DNA of 64,000 nt, from the NCBI GenBank assembly GCA_965197425.1, contig CBDANC010000015.1, forward strand, positions 202,704-266,703. Direction: 5' to 3'. The notes under the pieces were generated by a model. That model did not search any database. It saw nothing but the letters and a program-made list of their open reading frames with translations, and was not told the DNA's origin. Made by a program: the position numbers and the translations under genes. Source of the stretch: Bdellovibrionales bacterium (GTDB taxonomy: Bacteria; Bdellovibrionota; Bdellovibrionia; Bdellovibrionales; JAUICD01). Below, piece by piece: positions 56,807 through 64,000 of this stretch; position 1 is the stretch's first letter, and each line of letters begins with the position of its first letter.

Positions 56807-56828
56807 GTAAGGCTAATGCTTATGTTGA
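56807..56828 (+). repeat. Right copy of the 22-bp direct repeat (contains the hemJ RBS and start)
   Basis: It is identical to 49877-49898. Confidence 0.9.
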
Positions 56829-57250
56829 TTTTTAAGGCCTTACACCTAATAACCATGGTTTGTTGGTTCGCTGGATTGTTTTATATGTTCAGGCTATTTG
56901 TATATCAAGCTAAGAACCAATCTAATAAAAGCAACTCAGATTTACTTAAGCAAATGGCTTTTAGGCTATACTACTACATAACTACACCATCCATGGTTTT
57001 AACTTTGCTATTTGGAATGTTGCTGCTAATGCATATACCTGTTTATTTGCATGTACCCTGGTTTCATGTGAAAATGCTGTTTATACTTATTCTACTGGTA
57101 TATCATTACTTTGTTGGATATACACTCCACAAGTTTATGAAGGATGAAATTTTTTTGTCAGTAAGGCTGTGTAGAATAATAAATGAGGTCCCAACATTGC
57201 TACTGATAATTATAATTGGACTTGCAGTTTTAAAACCAAATCTACTATGA
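56816..57250 (+). CDS. hemJ: Protoporphyrinogen IX oxidase HemJ (CopD-like UPF0093 membrane protein)
   Basis: MLMLIFKALHLITMVCWFAGLFYMFRLFVY matches the HemJ N-terminal signature (KalHiiavvaWfaGLfYLpRLFVY). The ORF-track start at 56732 is an upstream extension with no support. Confidence 0.75.
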   Translation: MLMLIFKALHLITMVCWFAGLFYMFRLFVYQAKNQSNKSNSDLLKQMAFRLYYYITTPSMVLTLLFGMLLLMHIPVYLHVPWFHVKMLFILILLVYHYFVGYTLHKFMKDEIFLSVRLCRIINEVPTLLLIIIIGLAVLKPNLL

Positions 57251-59973
57251 CACAAACTTACGAACCAAAAAAACTAGAAGCCCGAATATACAAAATGTGG
57301 GATGAGGGTGGTTATTTTAAGCCCAGCTTTGGTTCCGAAAAACCTACATTTTGTATAATGATTCCTCCTCCAAATGTTACAGGCTCTCTTCACCTGGGAC
57401 ATGCCTTAGACCATACAATACAAGATGTGCTAGTAAGGTGGCATAGAATGAAAGGGTTTAATACTCTATGGCAGTCAGGGACCGATCATGCAGGTATTGC
57501 TACACAGAGTGTGGTTGAAAGACATCTAGAAAAAAAAGATCTTAATAGAAAAACCTTAGGTAGAGAAAAATTTGTAAAAGAAGTGTGGAAGTGGAAAACA
57601 AAATACGAGAACCGTATCATATCACAAATGAAGAAACTGGGAGACTCTTGTGATTGGAGTAGGAATAGATTTACCATGGATGACGGCCTTTCAAAGGCGG
57701 TCAAAAAGGTTTTTGTAAATTTATATAATGAAGGGCTAATTTATAGAGGTAAAAGACTAATAAATTGGGATCCTAAACTTTCTAGCGCACTATCAGACCT
57801 TGAAGTAGAACACCAAGAAAAAGATGGCCATCTGTGGCATGTCAAATACCCTTTTTCTGATAGCGATAAATTTTTGGTGGTCGCAACAACCAGACCAGAA
57901 ACCATTCTGGGGGATACCGCTATTGCCGTTCATCCGGAAGATGAAAGATATAAAAAATATATAGGCAAAACAGTTATATTAGAATTCCTTAATAAGGAAA
58001 TAAAAGTTATAAGTGATGAATTTGTGGATCAGAGTTTTGGGTCAGGTGTGGTTAAAATTACACCAGCACACGACTTCAAAGATTATGAAGTTGGGTTAAG
58101 GCACAAGTTAGATTTTATTAACATTTTAAATCCAGATGGAACATTAAATAATAATGCCGGTAAATATGAAGGATTAAAAGTATTAGAAGCTAGAAAAATG
58201 ATCTTGAAAGATCTTAAAAAACACAATTTATTAGTTAAAAAAGAAAAGTATAAAGTTACCACTCCTATTAGTCAAAGAACTGGTGAAGCTGTAGAACCTT
58301 ATTTATCTGATCAATGGTTTGTTAGTACAAAGAGTATTGCTCCACCGGCAGAAAAAGTTGTTCAAGATGGAACTATTTCATTTGAACCAGAGCATTGGGC
58401 TAAGACTTACTTGCATTGGATGAGTAATATTCAAGATTGGTGTATTTCCAGACAACTTTGGTGGGGTCATAGAATACCAGCATGGCACTGCAATGAGTGT
58501 AAAGCTATTACTGTTAGTGAATCTACTCCGAGTAAATGTTGTAAATGTAAATCGGTTGATATTTATCAGGACAATGATGTATTGGATACCTGGTTTAGTT
58601 CAGCACTTTGGCCTTTTAGCACTTTAGGTTGGCCTGAACAAACAAAAGATCTAACAACTTTCTATCCTACAAATGTTTTGGTAACTGGACATGATATAAT
58701 ATTCTTCTGGGTTGCTAGAATGATAATGTCAGGCCTTCATCATGTTAAAGGCATTCCATTTAGAACAGTTTTTGTTCATGGGATAATAAGAGATGAAAAA
58801 GGCGAAAAAATGTCCAAATCTTTAGGAAACACATTAGATCCTTTAGATTTGATAGACAAATCAGGTGCAGATGCACTAAGAATTACACTTATGTCACAAG
58901 TATATGGTGGTAATGATATTAAGTTTTCAGAGAAAAGACTTGAGGGGTATAGAAATTTTTTAAATAAAATTTTTAATGCTACAAAGTTCTGTCTATCATT
59001 TCACAAAAATATAAAACATAAATTTAGAAAAGAAGATATGTCAATCTACGATAAGTGGATTATACAAAAATTGAGTGTTGCCTACCATGATATGGATGGT
59101 TATCTTAGTGACTTTAAGTTTGCAGAAGCTGTCTTAACAATTTATTCATTTGTATGGAACGATTTTTGTGACCGGTACTTAGAGCGAATTAAACCAATAC
59201 TTTATAAGGGTGAAGAAAAAAATAAGGCTACAACACTTAATGTTTTAACAAATGTTTTGGATAGAATTTGTAGGTTATCTCACCCTATAATTCCGTTCTT
59301 AACAGAAGACATTTATCAAAAACTACCTATAAAGAACAAGGCTTGTATCATAGATAGTTATCCTAACCATCACAACGATTCAGACTTTTTAAGCATGTAC
59401 GATCCAAACAAACCAGAAGATATAAATGATGCAGACAATATAATGGATATAATTACTTATGTAAGACAAATAAAAGGTGAAATTTTCCAAGAAGGAAAAC
59501 TTACATTAAGTATACGAACTGAGTCGCAAGATGATGAAGGTGAGGAGTATTTTAATCATTTAATTGAATCCCATAAAGATGATATAGAACAGTCGTCTGG
59601 CAGTAATATTTCTGTTGCAAATAAATCTGATATCGGACCTCCTAACATTCCTTTTACAGAAAAGCAAATTAGAGAAAAAGAAACAAACATGTATTTGGAT
59701 ATTAAAGATAAAACATATCGCATATTCAAAATTATAGAACTGCAAAAAACATCTATTAAATTTTGTATTCCATTACAAGTGTATATGTTGAATCTTGAAG
59801 AAATAACCAAAAAGGTAAAAAAGATAAAAAAAGAAATTGAGAGTTTAGAAAATAGACTTAAAAATAAAGCTTTTAGAGAAAAAGCACCACCAAAGGTAGT
59901 AGAGAAAGACGAAAAGCAATTAAAAACTTTAAAAATTGAACTTGCAACTAAAAGATGGCCAGAAGAAGACTAG
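57247..59973 (+). CDS. valS: Valine--tRNA ligase
   Basis: It has a class I HIGH motif (PPPNVTGSLHLGHA), KMSKS (KMSKSLGN), a CP1 editing-domain length consistent with ValRS and a C-terminal coiled coil. Confidence 0.95.
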   Translation: MTQTYEPKKLEARIYKMWDEGGYFKPSFGSEKPTFCIMIPPPNVTGSLHLGHALDHTIQDVLVRWHRMKGFNTLWQSGTDHAGIATQSVVERHLEKKDLNRKTLGREKFVKEVWKWKTKYENRIISQMKKLGDSCDWSRNRFTMDDGLSKAVKKVFVNLYNEGLIYRGKRLINWDPKLSSALSDLEVEHQEKDGHLWHVKYPFSDSDKFLVVATTRPETILGDTAIAVHPEDERYKKYIGKTVILEFLNKEIKVISDEFVDQSFGSGVVKITPAHDFKDYEVGLRHKLDFINILNPDGTLNNNAGKYEGLKVLEARKMILKDLKKHNLLVKKEKYKVTTPISQRTGEAVEPYLSDQWFVSTKSIAPPAEKVVQDGTISFEPEHWAKTYLHWMSNIQDWCISRQLWWGHRIPAWHCNECKAITVSESTPSKCCKCKSVDIYQDNDVLDTWFSSALWPFSTLGWPEQTKDLTTFYPTNVLVTGHDIIFFWVARMIMSGLHHVKGIPFRTVFVHGIIRDEKGEKMSKSLGNTLDPLDLIDKSGADALRITLMSQVYGGNDIKFSEKRLEGYRNFLNKIFNATKFCLSFHKNIKHKFRKEDMSIYDKWIIQKLSVAYHDMDGYLSDFKFAEAVLTIYSFVWNDFCDRYLERIKPILYKGEEKNKATTLNVLTNVLDRICRLSHPIIPFLTEDIYQKLPIKNKACIIDSYPNHHNDSDFLSMYDPNKPEDINDADNIMDIITYVRQIKGEIFQEGKLTLSIRTESQDDEGEEYFNHLIESHKDDIEQSSGSNISVANKSDIGPPNIPFTEKQIREKETNMYLDIKDKTYRIFKIIELQKTSIKFCIPLQVYMLNLEEITKKVKKIKKEIESLENRLKNKAFREKAPPKVVEKDEKQLKTLKIELATKRWPEED

Positions 59974-59983
59974 TACAATCCAA

Positions 59984-62005
59984 ATGAAAAAAGAAATTAA
60001 AGGCATCATTAAAAGACATCCAGATGGATACGGATTTTTCATAGCGAATTGTGAGCACCCAGATATTTTTATACCCAGAAGAGGTATGTTTGGAGTTATG
60101 ACAAATGACTCTGTATTAGTTCAGGTAGCTGGAAGAAAAGATGATAATAGGTTGTACGGTAAAATAACCCAAATAACAGAGCGTTCAGAAACCATTGTAG
60201 TGGGAAAATTTTTAAAATTATTAAGTGGTGGTTTAATAGAGGATTCTTCTAACAGATGGGGGAGTGATATTTATATATCAAAGGACGATACTTTAGGATC
60301 TGATGATGGAGATTTGGTAGAAGCAGAAATTATAAAATATCCATCAGTTAATAATAAAAAAATTGTTGCAAAGGTTGCTAAAATAATTGGTAGAGCAGGC
60401 AACCCACTTTTTGATGAAAAAAGAGTAATAGTAGAAAACAAAATACCAAATACTTTTAATAAAAAAGTTGAAAAAGAAGTCTCTGGTTTAACAGTAGAAA
60501 TAACCAATGGAGAAAGAAAGAGAAGGAAAACACTAGAACTACCATTTGTGACAATAGATGGATTAGATGCAAAAGATTTTGATGATGCTATTTATGTAAA
60601 ACGCAAAAGTTATGGGTTTAATGTAGTGGTAGCTATTGCAGATGTAAGTCATTATGTTAAGGCAGATACCGCTATTGATGATGAGGCGTATAGAAGAGGA
60701 TTTAGCTCATATTTCCCAAATAGTGTAATTCCTATGTTACCTGAAAAACTAAGCAATAATATTTGTTCTCTAAAACCTGATGTCGAAAGGTTGGCATTAG
60801 TGGCGGATATTCAAATGGATTTTAAAGGAGATGTAAAGTCATCAAACTTTTATGAAGCTATTATTGTTAACTCTAAAAGATTAACTTATGCAGAAGCACA
60901 AGACATTATAGATAACAATAAAGAGAGTTATGATCAGATCGAGGAATTGTTACAAACAGCAAAAGATGTAGCTAATATTTTGGTAAAAAAAAGGATGAAT
61001 GCTGGTTCTTTAGATCTAGATCTAGAAGAAACTAAGCTGATTATAGATAAGGCTGGAAATCCAATTGACTGTCAAAAATCAAAAAGACTATTTGCTCACA
61101 GAATAATCGAAGAATTAATGCTTTTAACTAATCAAACAGCTGCTAGATTTTTAAGAGTAAATGAAATACAGACTTTGAATAGAGTACATGAAGCACCTGA
61201 TAAAGAGGACTTGGAAAAAATTAGCAAATTTATGTTTAATCTTGGTCATCAACCTCTAATAAAAACTAGTTCATTACAACAACAAATAAATAAACTTTTG
61301 AAAAAAGTGAAAAACACACAATTTGATCAGATATTTAATATAATCATTCTCAGATCATTAAAGCAGGCCTGTTATTTATCAGAGGGCATAGGCCATTTTG
61401 GACTTAACTTTAAGGATTATTTGCATTTTACCTCTCCCATTAGGAGATATCCTGACTTAGTTGTTCATAGGCAACTTAAGAGTGTTTTATTTAAAACCAC
61501 CCAAGATAAATATGACTACAAAGGTATGGCAGAATATCTATCTTCATGTGAAAGAAGAGCTGTACAGGCAGAAAGACAACTTATGAGTATCAAAAAAGCA
61601 CGGTTAATGAAAGAAAAAATCTCCCAGGAATTTGATGGAATGATAAGTGGATTGACTAAATTTGGTATGTTTGTGTTGTTAAAAATTTTTGATGTAGATG
61701 GACTTGTTAGATTGGAAACATTAGATGGTTATTTTAATTATGATGAAGATACAATGTGTTTAAGGAGCAAAAACAAGATATACAAGATTGGGGATAAAGT
61801 AAAAATTATAGTAGTGCAAGCTGATACGGATAGTGGTAAAATAGACTTTGTATTAGCAGGAAGTAAAAATGGAAATTATAAAAACATCAAGACAGGTAGT
61901 AAAAAACATAAGAAACGTAAAACGTCTAAAACAAATAGTGGGCGTATTCGCAAAGCACGGATTTCAAGACGTAATAAGAAGGGTCAATCTAAAACTATCA
62001 CCTAA
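59984..62005 (+). CDS. rnr: Ribonuclease R
   Basis: It has a cold-shock-like N-terminus (GIIKRHPDGYGFF), the RNB motif DGLDAKDFDDAIYV, an S1 domain (FDGMISGLTKFGMFV) and a K/R-rich tail. The preferred start is the ATG at 59984, whereas the ORF track begins at 59936. Confidence 0.92.
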   Translation: MKKEIKGIIKRHPDGYGFFIANCEHPDIFIPRRGMFGVMTNDSVLVQVAGRKDDNRLYGKITQITERSETIVVGKFLKLLSGGLIEDSSNRWGSDIYISKDDTLGSDDGDLVEAEIIKYPSVNNKKIVAKVAKIIGRAGNPLFDEKRVIVENKIPNTFNKKVEKEVSGLTVEITNGERKRRKTLELPFVTIDGLDAKDFDDAIYVKRKSYGFNVVVAIADVSHYVKADTAIDDEAYRRGFSSYFPNSVIPMLPEKLSNNICSLKPDVERLALVADIQMDFKGDVKSSNFYEAIIVNSKRLTYAEAQDIIDNNKESYDQIEELLQTAKDVANILVKKRMNAGSLDLDLEETKLIIDKAGNPIDCQKSKRLFAHRIIEELMLLTNQTAARFLRVNEIQTLNRVHEAPDKEDLEKISKFMFNLGHQPLIKTSSLQQQINKLLKKVKNTQFDQIFNIIILRSLKQACYLSEGIGHFGLNFKDYLHFTSPIRRYPDLVVHRQLKSVLFKTTQDKYDYKGMAEYLSSCERRAVQAERQLMSIKKARLMKEKISQEFDGMISGLTKFGMFVLLKIFDVDGLVRLETLDGYFNYDEDTMCLRSKNKIYKIGDKVKIIVVQADTDSGKIDFVLAGSKNGNYKNIKTGSKKHKKRKTSKTNSGRIRKARISRRNKKGQSKTIT

Positions 62006-63533
62006 GTTTTTAAGATTTAAAACAGATAAAGGATCTTCTCTGCCAGTTGAAGTTAGGTTGAGAATGAGCTTTGAAGAACTTGGGCCTACTTTTGTAAAGC
62101 TGGGTCAACTGTTGGCAACAAGGCCTGATCTTATACCAATTGATTGGGTAGAAGAGTTCAAAAAACTGCATGATCAAGTGGAACCTGTAAAATATGAACA
62201 AATAGAATCAGATTTAAAAAATCATTTTAAAAAGTTTGATGAGATATTTTTGTCTTTTGATAAAGAGCCTAAAGCAGCTGCCAGCATAGCCCAGGTTCAT
62301 CATGCGGTGCTAAGAGATAATACACAGGTTGTTGTTAAGATAAGAAGGCCCAACATTGTTAAACTAATAAACGATGATTTAAATATTTTGTATTTTGTAG
62401 CAAATTTAGTTCACAAATATATACCTGAAACCAGAATTTATAATCCAATAGGTGTAGTAAATGAATTTACAAAAGCTCTAAACCTAGAGACTAATTTTAT
62501 TGTTGAAGCAAACAATATGCTGAAGTTTAAACAAAACTTTAAAAACAATGAACATATCAAGATACCTGATGTGTACATGGAGCTGTCAGGACCTAAAATA
62601 TTAGTTATGGAGAGAATTAAAGGCACTCCTATTAGTGAGCACTCTGAATTGAAAGGGTTTGATTCGGCTTTATTACTTAAGCGAGGTTTGAAAGCTTTTT
62701 TTCATATGGTGTTCCATGACCGATTTTTTCATGGAGACCTTCATTCTGGAAATATTTTTGTGCTTGAGGAAAATAAAATTGCATTATTGGACTTTGGGGT
62801 TGTTGGTAGACTAAGTGTTAAGTTAAGAGATTCTATAGCAGATATGTTCTTAGCACTTACTACTGAAGATTATGAGACATTGGCTTATGAATTTGTGGAT
62901 CTTGCACCTTATAATAAAACAATTAACTTAGAAAATTTTTCTAATGACCTTAGAGATTTAATTTCACCTCATTTTAATCTTAGTTTAAAAAATGTGAATC
63001 TTGGAAAAGTTTTAATGGAAGCAGTTGGGTGTGCTAGTAGGCATAATATTCAGCTTCCATCAGATTTGGTTATGTTTTTTAAATCTATTTTAACTTTAGA
63101 GGGTGTAGGAAGAGGTTTAATCAGTGACTTTGACTTGTTATCTGAAGCAACTGGCTTTGCCAGCCAAATTTTAAAGGCAAAATATGATCCTATACACATT
63201 TCAAAAAACTTAGGTTCTTTTGCAAAAGACTCTAGAAGGTTGGTAGCCAAACTTCCTAGGGAAGCAAATCAATTAATTAAAAAATTTAATAACCCAGATT
63301 ATAGGTTTAACTTAGAAATACATAACTTAGTTAAGTTTGGAAAAGTTTTTGAGAAATCTGCAACTCTGATATTTCTGGGTATTGTTATAGGTGGCCTTTT
63401 AATAGGAGCTTCCATTGCATTACACTATGATTTCAGGATTATGTTTTTGGGATTACCTTTGCCTAGTAGTATAGGTTTTTTGTCTGCGTTTTTGTTAAGC
63501 TTAGTGGCTTTTTATCAGTATATTAAACGATAG
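61869..63533 (+). CDS. ubiB: UbiB/ABC1-family atypical kinase
   Basis: The blocks LGPTFVKLGQLLATRPDLIP, AAASIAQVHHA, VVVKIRRP and FHGDLHSGNI are present, and there are C-terminal TM helices. The N-terminal KRLKQIVGVFAKHGFQDVI aligns with the conserved UbiB N-terminus, which supports the ATG at 61869. Confidence 0.88.
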   Translation: MEIIKTSRQVVKNIRNVKRLKQIVGVFAKHGFQDVIRRVNLKLSPKFLRFKTDKGSSLPVEVRLRMSFEELGPTFVKLGQLLATRPDLIPIDWVEEFKKLHDQVEPVKYEQIESDLKNHFKKFDEIFLSFDKEPKAAASIAQVHHAVLRDNTQVVVKIRRPNIVKLINDDLNILYFVANLVHKYIPETRIYNPIGVVNEFTKALNLETNFIVEANNMLKFKQNFKNNEHIKIPDVYMELSGPKILVMERIKGTPISEHSELKGFDSALLLKRGLKAFFHMVFHDRFFHGDLHSGNIFVLEENKIALLDFGVVGRLSVKLRDSIADMFLALTTEDYETLAYEFVDLAPYNKTINLENFSNDLRDLISPHFNLSLKNVNLGKVLMEAVGCASRHNIQLPSDLVMFFKSILTLEGVGRGLISDFDLLSEATGFASQILKAKYDPIHISKNLGSFAKDSRRLVAKLPREANQLIKKFNNPDYRFNLEIHNLVKFGKVFEKSATLIFLGIVIGGLLIGASIALHYDFRIMFLGLPLPSSIGFLSAFLLSLVAFYQYIKR

Positions 63534-63574
63534 CGAGTACGGCTAAAGAAAATTCCTTGTTGTAGTCACTAACC

Positions 63575-63642
63575 AGGAAACAGGCATTTGGCAAAAAAAG
63601 TGAACAAGTCCACTTATTTTTGTCTCATTAACCTCACCTTTA
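63575..63642 (-). repeat. Dispersed repeat copy (minus strand TAAAGGTGAGGTTAATGAGACAAAAATAAGTGGACTTGTTCACTTTTTTTGCC...)
   Basis: It matches 14599-14636 and the hairpin core of 9307-9335. Its leading TAA is the stop codon of the downstream-window permease gene. Confidence 0.65.
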
Positions 63643-64000
63643 TGCTTGCTTTGATCTAAGTCTTTGATAGAAGTAACAGGCAAAAAATAAGGTTACACCT
63701 ATAATTTGCCACACATGTCTGGAAGCTAATCCTAATAAATTAATATCAAACCTATCTCCCAGAAAATCTGGTCTGAACAAACATGACATTACCATTATTA
63801 AACAGATCCCTTCATACCACTTGTTTTTTATAAACATATGTCCTTGGGTAAAAGAAGCAAATGCAAACATAGCAACTAAGGCTGTTAAGAATACAACCAC
63901 TCCATAAGCATAGGATTCCACACCAATAAGCAATAGTTCGGTGTTAAAAATAAACATGAACGGTAAAATTGCAGTTCTCATATCATATCTAAATCCTTGA
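63640..64000 (-). CDS. C-terminal part of a polytopic membrane protein, possibly a TRAP-type fused permease (partial, continues beyond the window)
   Basis: The frame stays open to the window edge (..QGFRYDMRTAILPFMFIFNTELLLIG...). Several hydrophobic helices are present. The TRAP fused-permease resemblance comes from memory of the IVPFxFvxxPxLl block. Confidence 0.4.
   Translation of the reverse strand, partial: QGFRYDMRTAILPFMFIFNTELLLIGVESYAYGVVVFLTALVAMFAFASFTQGHMFIKNKWYEGICLIMVMSCLFRPDFLGDRFDINLLGLASRHVWQIIGVTLFFACYFYQRLRSKQA

Larger units (their letters stand above)
49877..56828. mobile_element. About 6.95-kb accessory (defence-type) island bounded by a perfect 22-bp direct repeat
   Basis: GTAAGGCTAATGCTTATGTTGA occurs at 49877-49898 and at 56807-56828. 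The right copy carries the hemJ RBS and ATG. The contents are R-M, a HEPN-like ORF and unknown ORFs, with no integrase. Confidence 0.6.

Noticed and set aside
56732-56815. Upstream extension of hemJ (ORF-track start MVSCRSDPPRLRSKK...)
   Set aside because: The extension starts at a non-ATG codon and covers a repeat-like segment (TGATCCGCCACGACTCCGATCC). It has no homology to the HemJ N-terminus. The ATG at 56816 with an upstream TAAGG matches the family N-terminus.
1-64000. tRNA, rRNA, integrase or transposase genes
   Set aside because: Scanning intergenic regions on both strands found no T-loop-like GGTTCGAAT/GTTCAAAT contexts with acceptor stems. No rRNA-like conserved blocks were found. 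No ORF carries tyrosine/serine recombinase or DDE motifs.

Overview
This is a visibly AT-rich chromosomal window from a diderm (Gram-negative-type) bacterium. Most of it is tightly packed housekeeping operons. These include fadB-like, TPR-tamB-bamA, efp, yebC-ruvCAB, anmK, xth, fxsA, tatAC, an M16 peptidase, hemW-grpE, rnc-era-der, nifS-mnmA-mtaB, ltaE, hemJ-valS-rnr-ubiB, and a GspL/M/N-like trio. I recognised no rRNA, tRNA, CRISPR array, integrase or DDE transposase.

Four things fall outside the ordinary backbone:

1. An accessory island of about 8.5 kb (48.3-56.8 kb) sits between ltaE and hemJ and carries two separate insertion scars. One is a duplicated, diverged ltaE 3' end. The other is a perfect 22-bp direct repeat that contains the hemJ RBS and ATG. 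The island holds a GHKL-ATPase + STAS-like (DUF4325-type) pair, a HEPN-like ORF, an MvaI/BcnI-type restriction-modification pair, an uncharacterised two-gene module, a winged-helix protein and a coiled-coil two-TM protein. It looks like a defence island with several uncharacterised modules.
2. Three tandem paralogues (38.5-43.6 kb) encode signal-peptide-bearing proteins made of 9-10 transposase-OrfA-type HTH modules. No transposase catalytic domain is present.
3. A 1209-aa secreted ankyrin protein is built from 432-bp tandem units. A second ankyrin lipoprotein and an OMP lie beside it.
4. A mosaic family of short dispersed repeats (TAAAGGT..., AAGGTCTTCCGAAYGAGG...GGTTGCCCAGC, TGATCAGGCARTC...) fills intergenic regions. 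In several cases a repeat supplies the stop codon or the last codons of the adjacent gene.

All functional calls rest on motifs read from the translated ORFs and on recalled family knowledge. No database search was possible.
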